Source of the DNA: Minisyncoccota bacterium
GTDB lineage: Bacteria > Patescibacteriota > Minisyncoccia > Phycocordibacterales > UBA9973
Direction: 5' to 3'
Assembly: GCA_041662525.1 (NCBI GenBank)
Contig: JBAZSF010000004.1
Location: 1,190-65,189 of the forward strand
Length of the DNA: 64,000 bases
The position numbers and the translations under genes are program-made. The notes under the pieces were generated by a model. It was given only the letters and a program-made list of their open reading frames with translations, was not told where the DNA came from and did not search any database. Shown here one piece after another: positions 47,127-56,900 of the stretch. Positions within the stretch are counted from its first letter, which is position 1, and each line of letters opens with the position of its first letter.

Positions 47127-48179
47127 TTACTCTTCAATTTTTGGTTTTTCCACTTCGAGAAGGGCTAGCTCGGGGGAGGATCCGGCTATGCGGAGGACGT
47201 CTTTGTCTATTTTTTTAAGTTCTTTATTTGAAGCGTTGTAATGATTCACGACTGTCCCTAAGGCATTACCGAGCTTGTTGTGGTATTCGTCATAAGATTT
47301 TAAATGCTTGCCTAGGTCTTCCACTTTTTTAATTATTTCCTTGGCTGATTCTTCTATTTGGAGAGCTTTGAGTCCTTGCAGGACAGTCTGTAAATATGCG
47401 AGGAAGGAAGTGGGACTCGTGATGATGACTTTATATTTTCCAGCGGCGCGTTGGATTAGATTTTCATTTTCACTGTCATTTATGTTTACCGCTCCGACTT
47501 TATTGGTAAGTAAGTCGTAATAAATGGCTTCATGGGGGATAAACATAAAAGCAAAGTCGGTGGTGCCACGGGTGGGCTGGATGTATTTGGCTGTTTCGGT
47601 AATGCGATTTTTTAAATCATTCACAAAAATTGTTTCTAGCTTTTTCTTCTCTGCACCGTCTCGCTCTTCTACCATTTTATTATAATTTTCTAGTGAGAAT
47701 TTTGAATCTATCGGAATGATTTTATCTTTGACAAAGACGACTGCATCCACTATCGTGCCATCAGGAAAAGGGTATTGCATTTGATAGCTTCCAGGAGGAA
47801 GCACATTTTTCAAAACTGTTTCTAAATAATATTCACCTAAAATTCCTCTTTGTTTTGGATTTTTTAAAATATTTTCCAAGCTTTGGAGCTGATCTGCGAA
47901 AGAAATGACTTGTTTATTTGTCTCGTCTAGGCGAGTGAGTCTTTCTGTTACATCACGGATTATTTTATTAGATTCACTTGAGTGAAATTGCAAGCTTTCT
48001 CGTACTTGTTTATGTGATTCACCGATTTTACTATCTACAGTTCTAGAGAGTTCATTTATTTGAGTTAGAATTAGACTTAATCCTGTGTCATCTTTTTTTT
48101 CTTCTTTTTTCCCATTCAAAAGAAAGTAAACAATTAATCCTCCGCCAATTATTCCTAATATAATCCAAAGAATTTCCAT
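47127..48179 (-). CDS. rmuC: DNA recombination protein RmuC
   Basis: NPKQRGILGE, IPIDSKF, KYI, DFAFMFIPHE and SPTS motifs. Confidence 0.93.
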   Translation of the reverse strand: MEILWIILGIIGGGLIVYFLLNGKKEEKKDDTGLSLILTQINELSRTVDSKIGESHKQVRESLQFHSSESNKIIRDVTERLTRLDETNKQVISFADQLQSLENILKNPKQRGILGEYYLETVLKNVLPPGSYQMQYPFPDGTIVDAVVFVKDKIIPIDSKFSLENYNKMVEERDGAEKKKLETIFVNDLKNRITETAKYIQPTRGTTDFAFMFIPHEAIYYDLLTNKVGAVNINDSENENLIQRAAGKYKVIITSPTSFLAYLQTVLQGLKALQIEESAKEIIKKVEDLGKHLKSYDEYHNKLGNALGTVVNHYNASNKELKKIDKDVLRIAGSSPELALLEVEKPKIEE

Positions 48180-48194
48180 ATATTTATTTTAAAA

Positions 48195-48926
48195 TTATTT
48201 ATTTAAATAATGTTTCAAAGTATAAATCCAATCTTCGTCTATGCCGTCACCATTTAGCTTTTGATCTAAAAGCCATTGCAAGTAACCCCTGTCTGTCTTT
48301 ACCACTTCTTCGATTCTTTTGCCATTATGTTTACCGAATTTAAAAGTATGTAAAAGTGAAGGATGGGAAGAAATTTCTATCATTTTATTTATTATTTCTT
48401 CTTCAGTAAGTTCTCTTCCTTCCTCTGTCAGGATCTTCGACATTTTATTTTTTAGTCTTTCAAAAAGTTTTTCCAAGACTAAAACATCTCCCATAGCATC
48501 ATGAGCCGTTGCTTCTACTTCTATCTCTAATAGATAACGCAAGTATTGCAGGTTATATTTTTCTATTTTTTCTTCTTTGTCTAAATATCTCACTAGTCGT
48601 AAGGTGCAAATGAAATTGGCAGGGAAAATATCTTCTTTTTTTATGATAGCTAAGTCAAAGGAGGCATTGTGAGCTATGACAACAGAATCTTTAGCTTCAA
48701 AAAGTTTTTTAATTGTTGCTTGGTCAGTGCTTTCTTTGAAGGTAGGCTTTTCAGCCACCATTTTGTTGGTAATGTGGTGCACCGCTGAGGCTTCTGGGGG
48801 GATTTTTATTTCAGGTTTATAAAGACCCATAAAAATTCCGTCATTACTTTTATAAGCAATCTGAACCAAAAAATCTTTCTCTGTATTACCTGTAGTTTCC
48901 GTGTCAAAAAATATTAATTTAGACAT
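48195..48926 (-). CDS. DEDDh 3'-5' exonuclease (exonuclease X-like)
   Basis: DTETTG, AHNASFD, ICTL, AHDAMGD and C-terminal FGKHNG..YLQWL motifs. Confidence 0.9.
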   Translation of the reverse strand: MSKLIFFDTETTGNTEKDFLVQIAYKSNDGIFMGLYKPEIKIPPEASAVHHITNKMVAEKPTFKESTDQATIKKLFEAKDSVVIAHNASFDLAIIKKEDIFPANFICTLRLVRYLDKEEKIEKYNLQYLRYLLEIEVEATAHDAMGDVLVLEKLFERLKNKMSKILTEEGRELTEEEIINKMIEISSHPSLLHTFKFGKHNGKRIEEVVKTDRGYLQWLLDQKLNGDGIDEDWIYTLKHYLNK

Positions 48927-48962
48927 AGTGCTATTTTAGCATATTTTTGATATAATTTATCC

Positions 48963-49077
48963 AGATTTTTAAAATATCAATTTTTCTTCGGTACAGATTT
49001 TTTGAAGCTTAAAAAATCTTGAAGTTCTCGGCTCGACAGCCTCGAAACCCCTGCAAAAAATTATATTTTTAAAATCT
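48963..49077. repeat. Structured palindromic element, copy B
   Basis: AGATTTTTAAAATAT.. terminal inverted repeat; core near-identical to 11713..11860 but lacking the nested hairpin. Confidence 0.85.
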
Positions 49078-49082
49078 AGATT

Positions 49083-49532
49083 ATGCTACATGAACAAATA
49101 AAAAACGGAATAAAAGAAGCGATGATGGCCAAAGACGCTTTACGCTTAAAAGCTTTTCGCGCAATGTCTTCGGCTTTTACAAATGAGCTTGTAGCCAAGA
49201 ATAAAAAACCACAAGACATGTTAACTGATGAAGAAGCATTAGCTGTCATTACGAGACTTGCAAAACAAAGAAAAGACTCCATAGAACAATTTAAAAAAGG
49301 GAATCGTGAAGATTTGGTAAAAGAAGAACAAGAAGAGCTCGCTATTCTTGAAACTTATTTGCCAAAATTGATGGACAAAAGTGAGGTAGAAAAGATTGCG
49401 CGAATTAAAAAAGAAGAATTAGGCATTGTTGACGCCACTCAAAAAGGGATGTTGATGTCTGCTTTAATGAAAGATTTAAAAGGAAAAGCAGATGGAATGA
49501 TAGTTAAAGAAATTGTAGATAGTTTATTTTAG
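49083..49532 (+). CDS. GatB/YqeY domain protein
   Basis: KEAMMAKD, KQRKDSIEQF..GNREDL, YLPK and KGKADG motifs. Confidence 0.92.
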   Translation: MLHEQIKNGIKEAMMAKDALRLKAFRAMSSAFTNELVAKNKKPQDMLTDEEALAVITRLAKQRKDSIEQFKKGNREDLVKEEQEELAILETYLPKLMDKSEVEKIARIKKEELGIVDATQKGMLMSALMKDLKGKADGMIVKEIVDSLF

Positions 49533-49547
49533 CTTTAATTTTATTGT

Positions 49548-50150
49548 ATGCATACAGTAAATCTTTTAACTAGCTTGGTAGAGAATCATCAGACTCTAGC
49601 TTATTTGGTAGTTTTTTTAGGATCAGTTTTTGAAGGAGAATTTCTTTTGATTTCTGCTGGAATTTTAGCGCATCTCGGAGCTTTAAATTTTTGGTTTTCT
49701 CTATCTTTTATTTTATTAGGCGCAATAACTAAAACTTTTATTGGGTATAGATTGGGTGAATTTTTGTTTAAAAAGTTTGAACACCATAAATTTTTTAAAT
49801 ATATTCAAAAAAAAGTATATGGTATTTTGCCTAGATTTAAAGAAAAACCTTTTTGGTCTATTTTTATATCTAAATTTATAATGGGCGCTAATAATTTAGT
49901 TATTATTTTTTCTGGTTATGAAAAAATAAATTATAGAAAATTCTTAATGGCAGAAATTTCTGCTACAATAATTTGGGCTCCAGTTTTATTATCACTTGGA
50001 TTTTTCTTTAGTTATACCGCATTGCATATCAGTAGGGAAATTTGGAAATTCTCGGCAATAATTTTGATTTTGTTTGTTTTATTTATTCTTTTTGATAAAT
50101 TAGTCAGTTGGTTTTATAAGATATTTGAAGAATTTTATGATAAAAAATGA
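49548..50150 (+). CDS. DedA/VTT-family membrane protein
   Basis: EGEFLLISAG, GYRLG, SKF and ISATIWA motifs. Confidence 0.85.
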   Translation: MHTVNLLTSLVENHQTLAYLVVFLGSVFEGEFLLISAGILAHLGALNFWFSLSFILLGAITKTFIGYRLGEFLFKKFEHHKFFKYIQKKVYGILPRFKEKPFWSIFISKFIMGANNLVIIFSGYEKINYRKFLMAEISATIIWAPVLLSLGFFFSYTALHISREIWKFSAIILILFVLFILFDKLVSWFYKIFEEFYDKK

Positions 50151-51054
50151 AAAATTAAAGTTAAGCAAAAAGTTAGTTACGCACAATGGTTCTTTTCATG
50201 CAGATGATATTTTTTCAGCAGCAATTTTTTTAATTTTGCTTGAAAAAAAAGGAGAGACTTTTGATATAATTCGCACTAGAGACGAAAAGATCATTGAGAC
50301 AGGTGACTATATTTTTGATATTGGAGGAATGTATAATCCTGAAGAAAACAAATTTGATCATCATCAGGTAGGTGGAGCAGGTAAGAGATCAAGCGGTATT
50401 GAGTATGCTGCATGCGGTTTGGTTTGGAAAAAATTCGGGATAGACCTTTGTGGATCTCAAAAAGTGGCTGATTTAGTAGATGGAATTTTAATTGCACCAA
50501 TTGATGCAGGAGATAACGGTTTTGATTTAGTAGAAAATAAATATGAAACTTCACCTTATTTTATTCAACATGCTTTTAATGCGATGCGACCAACTTGGAA
50601 AGAAGTAGATTTAAATGAAGATGAAATGTTTTTGAAATGTGTAGTGATGGCAAAAGAAATTTTAATGCGAGAAATAATTCAAGCACAAGATGCTCTTTTG
50701 GCGGAAGAAATGGTGTTTTCAATTTATGAAAAGACTGAGGATAAGAAAATTATTGTTTTAGATGAAAATTATCCATTTGAGTATACTTTAAATAATTTTC
50801 CTGAACCATTGTATGTGATTTACCCGAGAAAGAGTGATGGATTCTGGGGAATCAGAGCGGTACGGAAAGATCCAAAAACTTTTTTAAACAGGAAAAATTT
50901 CCCCAAACTCTGGGCAGGACTCAGGGATGAAGAGCTTCAGAATGTTACAGGAGTCAGAGATGCAATATTTTGTCATCGTGGATTATTTCTAGCCGTGGCA
51001 AAGTCAAAAGAAGGGGCTATCAAATTGGCGCAAATTGCGGTAGAATCACTATAG
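50137..51054 (+). CDS. MYG1-family protein
   Basis: THNGSFHADD, RTRD, DIGG, FDHHQ, WAGLRD and FCH motifs. Confidence 0.92.
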   Translation: MIKNEKLKLSKKLVTHNGSFHADDIFSAAIFLILLEKKGETFDIIRTRDEKIIETGDYIFDIGGMYNPEENKFDHHQVGGAGKRSSGIEYAACGLVWKKFGIDLCGSQKVADLVDGILIAPIDAGDNGFDLVENKYETSPYFIQHAFNAMRPTWKEVDLNEDEMFLKCVVMAKEILMREIIQAQDALLAEEMVFSIYEKTEDKKIIVLDENYPFEYTLNNFPEPLYVIYPRKSDGFWGIRAVRKDPKTFLNRKNFPKLWAGLRDEELQNVTGVRDAIFCHRGLFLAVAKSKEGAIKLAQIAVESL

Positions 51055-51087
51055 GCTCATAAAATATCAATTGATATTTTATGAGCC
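51054..51087. repeat. Perfect 34-bp palindrome upstream of obg
   Basis: GGCTCATAAAATATCAA/TTGATATTTTATGAGCC with no loop. Confidence 0.8.
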
Positions 51088-51097
51088 ATATAAATAT

Positions 51098-52111
51098 ATG
51101 GCATTTATTGACGAAATTAAAATAGAGGCATCAGCAGGACGCGGTGGAGACGGTGTCGTGCGTTGGCGTCAAGAGAAATTTATACCAAAAGGTGGGCCTG
51201 CAGGCGGAGATGCCGGACGTGGTGGGGATTTCTATGTTATTGCTGTGCGTGATATCAATATTCTTTCAAAATATAAAGCAAAAAAAAGCTTCAAAGCTTT
51301 CCGTGGAGAGGACGGTGGAAATAAAAGTTTGCATGGCGCAAATGGTAAAGATTTTTATCTTGAATTACCAATTGGCTCTATCGTTACAAATATAGAGACT
51401 GATGAAGTTTGGCAACTCACAGAAGAAGGGCAGAAATTTATGATTTTAAGAGGTGGTTATGGTGGTTTTGGTAATGAACATTTTAAAAGCTCTACTAACA
51501 CAACTCCCCAAGAATCAAAAGAAGGGCAGGAGGGTGAAAAGGGAAATTTTAAAATAGAGCTAGAGATTTTTGCAGATGTAGGATTTGTCGGTCTTCCGAA
51601 TGCAGGGAAAACTTCTTTATTGAATTCCTTAACTAATGCAGAAGCGAGAGTCGGGGATTATGCTTTTACTACTCTCGATCCAAATTTGGGAGAATTTTAC
51701 GGTTATATTATTGCTGATATTCCAGGAATCATAGAAGGAGCATCAGAGGGTAAGGGTCTCGGTGTAAAATTCTTGCGACATATTAAACGTACAAAAATGC
51801 TCGCGCACCTAGTGTCTTTTGAGAATCTATCTAAGGGTTCGACTGGTATGATGAAGGTTTATAAAGAAATTCGCAAAGAGTTAGAAAAATATGATAAAAA
51901 ATTAGGTTTAGGTGAAAACGGATTGTCTTCTAAAAAAGAAATATTAATTTTAACAAAAAGTGATTTTATCGATGATAGTAAAATTATTGAAAGGGAAATA
52001 AAAAAATTCGAAAAACTTGGAAAAAAAGTTTTTGTCCTGTCTTTGTTTGATGATAAAATGGTAAAAAAATTCAGAGATGGGTTGGTAAAAATTTTAAAGT
52101 CTTCATCATAA
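51098..52111 (+). CDS. obg: GTPase ObgE/CgtA
   Basis: FIDE..AGRGGDG, GGPAGGD, GLPNAGKT, YAFTTL, DIPGIIEGA and FLRHI motifs. Confidence 0.96.
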   Translation: MAFIDEIKIEASAGRGGDGVVRWRQEKFIPKGGPAGGDAGRGGDFYVIAVRDINILSKYKAKKSFKAFRGEDGGNKSLHGANGKDFYLELPIGSIVTNIETDEVWQLTEEGQKFMILRGGYGGFGNEHFKSSTNTTPQESKEGQEGEKGNFKIELEIFADVGFVGLPNAGKTSLLNSLTNAEARVGDYAFTTLDPNLGEFYGYIIADIPGIIEGASEGKGLGVKFLRHIKRTKMLAHLVSFENLSKGSTGMMKVYKEIRKELEKYDKKLGLGENGLSSKKEILILTKSDFIDDSKIIEREIKKFEKLGKKVFVLSLFDDKMVKKFRDGLVKILKSSS

Positions 52112-52150
52112 TTATAAAAAGCCGGACAATCTGTCCGGCTTTTTATAATT
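52110..52150. terminator. Bidirectional terminator
   Basis: AATTATAAAAAGCCGGACA-ATC-TGTCCGGCTTTTTATAATT. Confidence 0.85.
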
Positions 52151-52157
52151 TGTCTAA

Positions 52158-53948
52158 TTAACAACCTACTCCCACTTTCCAAAATTCTATAGCTTGAAGA
52201 ATTAAGGAATTTAAAACATTGCCGATCTTCCATTGACCTATATAAGATAAAATTTCCGCATTACCAATAACACCATCGAGATTTGTGTCAGCTGTAGTTT
52301 GACAAGCAGGGCCGACCGCTGTCACGGTAACTATTGAAGCATTACTAGTTACTGCGTCTGAAGTCGCAGTGATGTTTGTCGTACCAGCAGCTACTGCTGT
52401 TACGAGACCCGTAGCACTCACTGTAGCTACTGCTGTATCAGAAGAATTCCAAGTCATCGCAGGTTGAGTCGCTAGAGCTACACTATTTTGATCTAAAGCA
52501 GAAGCTGATAGTTGAGAAGTACCTGCGACTACTATACTCGCTGTTGTTGGTGTGACTGAAATTGAAGTGAGGACGGGATTTGGGGTAATAGCCACCACAT
52601 TGACAGTCCTGGTAACCGACGTAGCTGGATTACCAGCGGCGTCAGAAACGTTGTAGGTCAAAATGTAACTCCCCAAAGTGGCTGTATCTACTGTACCGGT
52701 GACAATTATGTTGGCAGTGATATTGCCATCCACATCATCAGAAGCAGTGGCTCCTGGATCAGTGAAGACACTTGCTTGAACCACATCCACTGGGTTAGCT
52801 CCAAGTAATATAATGACTGGGAGAGTGGTGTCAGCAGGTGGTGAAACAGCTGTAATAATTATTGTGACTGGAGATGAAACTGGCGCTGATACCATGTCAT
52901 CAACAATTACATTAAAATTATAAGTTCCTGCTATGCTTGGGGTCCATGAAAATGTTCCCATGGCATTAATTGATGATCCAATAGGCGCATTCGCGTCAAG
53001 CGTATACATTAGCATTCCCTGATTTGGATTAGTGGCAATTACATCAAATGTTACTGCTTGCCCAACTGTTCCATTTTGTTGAGGTATTGGGGTTATGACT
53101 GGAGATGCTGCAAAGCTAGCGCTGATCGTATGAGCAATAGTAACGTTGGTGAAGGTGTAAGTCGCAACTGCGCCAACTGAAACTCCGTCCACCAAAACAT
53201 CCGCTACTACGAAATTAGTATTCGGAGTTATGGTGTAAGCTCTATTTGCTCCATGATTAACCGACGTCACTCCAAGAGGAGAAATTGTTCCGTTGGCGCC
53301 CGTCGAAGATGTAATGTTGTAAGTATTAATCGCGAAACTTGCATTGATCGTGTGAGTAGTTGTTACATTATTAAATGTATAATTTAAAACTGCTCCGACT
53401 GAAGATCCGTCAACTAAAACATTAGCTATATGATAACCGGTGTTTGGTGTAATTGTATAACTTTGACTTGATCCGGAGTTAACAGGGGTTGTTCCAGCTG
53501 GAGTAACTGTCCCTCCCGCGGTACTTGCAACTGAAACTATATTATGAGTTGTTGCTGTAGATGATATTACCAAATTTACGTTTGTTAACGGTTCAACAAC
53601 AAATGATCTGGTTACGTTTGTACTAAATGCTCCAAATGTCGCGTTTAATTGAATTTGATCTCCAGCAACGGTACAGATATTTAGGTTGCTTGTGTCGATC
53701 TGGTAAAATCCTCCCAAAGAGGTTACGACTGATAGTGCGGGGGATCCATTTGTAACGTCAGTAAGCGTGACAGTGGCATTATCAGTCGCTATACCATTAA
53801 ATGTAACTGTCCCATAAAATGTATTTAGCGGACATCCTTGAGCCGCAATAGCCGGGGTAGGCGAGATGAAAGCAAATTGCATTATCGCGGAAGCTACTAT
53901 CAAACTTACTATTTTTTTTATTGTATTTTTTGAGATATTTATGTTCAT
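52158..53948 (-). CDS. Secreted multi-Ig protein with C-terminal dockerin-like EF-hand module
   Basis: Signal peptide; FYGTV..NG domain; two InlB-B-like repeats; cadherin/He_PIG-like; DUF5011-like (LGANP..DPGATASDDVDG); Big_2; DTNLDGVIGNAE tag. Confidence 0.8.
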   Translation of the reverse strand: MNINISKNTIKKIVSLIVASAIMQFAFISPTPAIAAQGCPLNTFYGTVTFNGIATDNATVTLTDVTNGSPALSVVTSLGGFYQIDTSNLNICTVAGDQIQLNATFGAFSTNVTRSFVVEPLTNVNLVISSTATTHNIVSVASTAGGTVTPAGTTPVNSGSSQSYTITPNTGYHIANVLVDGSSVGAVLNYTFNNVTTTHTINASFAINTYNITSSTGANGTISPLGVTSVNHGANRAYTITPNTNFVVADVLVDGVSVGAVATYTFTNVTIAHTISASFAASPVITPIPQQNGTVGQAVTFDVIATNPNQGMLMYTLDANAPIGSSINAMGTFSWTPSIAGTYNFNVIVDDMVSAPVSSPVTIIITAVSPPADTTLPVIILLGANPVDVVQASVFTDPGATASDDVDGNITANIIVTGTVDTATLGSYILTYNVSDAAGNPATSVTRTVNVVAITPNPVLTSISVTPTTASIVVAGTSQLSASALDQNSVALATQPAMTWNSSDTAVATVSATGLVTAVAAGTTNITATSDAVTSNASIVTVTAVGPACQTTADTNLDGVIGNAEILSYIGQWKIGNVLNSLILQAIEFWKVGVGC

Positions 53949-53999
53949 TTTTTTTATTAATTTTTTAATTGGTAAATATTTTTCGACTTTAAAATATTT

Positions 54000-56900
54000 T
54001 TATGGTCGGTGAATGAATATTCCATCACCTTGATTGATAATGAAATCATTCAATGGAAACCCGATTATATGGCTACTATATTGCTGTATTGCCGAGTCCC
54101 ATTTGGTAACAACATCAGTACCGGCAAGTGAAGCGCCAAAAGTTTCTGCCGTGGTTGATATTGCGCTGACCCATCCAAGAAGATTCCAGCCAGTTATGGG
54201 ATTATAAGTGGCTTGAGCTGGAGATCCTTGGAATACAAATGGACTAGCTGCTGGAACATTCACAAAGAAACCATCACCTATAGTAAGATTAAAGTTATTC
54301 AATGGAAATCCAACTATATGACTGCTGTATTTCTGTGTCAGAGAATCCCATTTTACAACGACCGTTGCACCGACTGTTTGTCCAAAGTTTTCCGCTGTTA
54401 ATGTCATAGGAGTCCCCTGAGCATCAAGCGGAGTTGCGGGTAGTGTAACTAAATTCCATCCATCGTTTAGTGAAAGCATATAACTTCCAGGAGGAAGATC
54501 TCCCGCTGTTACATTGGCAGTGTTGGAATATGTTGAATTAGCAGTTGCGGTAGGGAAGCCAATTGAGGGATCCGCGTATATTTGTGTATCGCCAACAACA
54601 TTATTGGCAAAAACTCTATAATAATATGTCTGCCCCGGTTGGATAGAATTATCCAAGTATGCGGTTGCATTAACCGGAGATGTGTAAGTTATCAATCCGC
54701 TCGTAAATCCAGAGTTGGTAGCTTTTTGAATTGTAAATCCAGTTTCACTTAATGAATTATCATTCCAATTTAACTGCACTGCATTAGAAGCAAAATTTGC
54801 TGTTAAATTTGAAGGAGCTTCCGGTGGAGTGGCGAATAAAACTGCATGCATCATATCCATTTCTTCATGCGCTAAGAGATGGCAGTGATAAACATATTCC
54901 CATCCATAGTTTACATAATGATTGTTTACTGTGACATTGTTTCCATTAGGATCTTTGAGTCCGCCAGGTGGTAGCATTAACGGCGCACCCTCAGGCAATG
55001 TGGGATCAATCAAGCGCACACTATTGGGAACTGGGAATGGTTGAGTTGGAGCAAATGCTCTGAAAGCAACTATGGTGTCTTGTAAAGGATTCACTCTAAA
55101 TGTTTCCTTCCACCCGAGTTCGTTGGCATCAGGCGGTCTTATAGCACCATCCCAGGCGACTCTGTTTATAAGCTGAGCATTAAACAGGTGGGTATGGATG
55201 GTATGAGTGTCTACACCATTGTGTGTAATTTTCCAGATTTGGGTGCCGTCATCAAGAGATCCTATCGGTGTTCCGTATACAGAGCCTTTGACGATTTCAA
55301 CTGGCGGAGAGGCAAAACCGGAAAGAATGAGTAATTGTCTGTTAACTTGTGATGCTGGAAGTTCAAGCCCGAGAAATCCACTCATTCTTCCGTATTCCGA
55401 ATCGAATGCTTCGCCCTGCTCATCTTGGATAGCTTTTGTTTGGAAAGGTATAGTGACATTATCACCGGCGAGAGTATTGAATGTTTTTGATGCGTCATGA
55501 ATACTGGCATAATTATCTGTTGTAATATTAGAATTATAAGCTGAATTATATGCAGTTTGCGGTATGATAACTTCATCCTGAGACACTTCGAAAACTCCGC
55601 GTTTTGTACCAGGTCCTTTGGCAAATACCGCTTCTAGTGCGCCTAGATTGTATGCAGTCGCTGGAGTGGTAGGCGCCACTCTGATTTGCATTACAGTTCT
55701 TATATTAGGACCGTAACCGGCTTGGGTTGTCGGAGCTCCGCCTATGTCTGTCAAATCCGGGTCTCCGGTATGATAATCATAACGAGCATCAGCGGCTGGA
55801 AATGCTGCCGGAGCATCGTTGTATAAAATAATTGTTTTGCCCGCGTACTGTGAAAAATCAACAATTACATCCGCTCGTTCAGCCGTACCAAGGATAAGAG
55901 TTCCTTTGTTAACTAATCCCATGTCAAAGTTTGTCGGGTCCATATTCCAGTCAACTGGTTGATTGGGCAATACTACCGGTGCTGGCAAGAATCCTCCTTC
56001 GGTTCCAATTTGAATAAATGTCGGACCTGCGGTTGTCGGATCAGGCACCCCTCCTTCTCGTCCATCTTTTGGCCAATCTTCCGGGAATCCGGGAGTAGAG
56101 ACAGCTGGTACCATTTTTATTTCCGTGTTTGTTCTGCCATCAGGGGTAATAATTGTCGGATCTGCAACATAGAACTGTAAATTAAGGAAACGATCATCTG
56201 CGGCATTTAAAATTCTAAATCTGTACGCTTTTGGGTCTACGTTCATATACGGATACACTGTTCCATTGACAATGGGAGTGTCCATAAAAGCTTCCATCGC
56301 CATAGACTCATTTGGTGTTCCAGGCATTTGAGCTGGTTCCCATGGTGCACCTACTGGATCATAATATGGATTTGGAAGCGGGCCTTGAGTTACCCCAGTT
56401 GTTGGTGGCCAAAACCATGGACCATAGTGCCATCTCCCAAAAGCATTCATTCCGCTGGGATCCGCAGGATTTTGGTTTGGCATATAAACGTGTGGGTACC
56501 AAAGATCGCCATCTTGGGGAACTCCTGGTACTGCTGAATCCCACGTTGGATCTTGCATCGCAAGAGTACTGGTATCAATAAATGTTCTATCTTGAATAAT
56601 TAACGGGATACCAATATCCGGAAGAACTTTCACCAACCCAGGGTTAACTCCGGAATCATTTGTTCCATTAATTAAATCTTGTTCTACTTGGTCGGTAATT
56701 AAATATCCAGCCGCTTCTCCTGCATAAACATTTAAACGGGTAATTCCAAAAGAATGATCATGATAGAACATCAATCTAGCACTTTGTTGGTTGTTATAGT
56801 AAAAAGTAAGTGAACCATCTCCAGGGTTATTTGTTGCTCCTGGGGTTGGCGCTGTAATTTGACCGACTGTGTCTGCGACTACACTGCCATTTACAAACCA

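Noticed and set aside
51820-51850. Possible palindromic insert in obg (LSKGSTG)
   Set aside because: No convincing inverted repeat in the DNA
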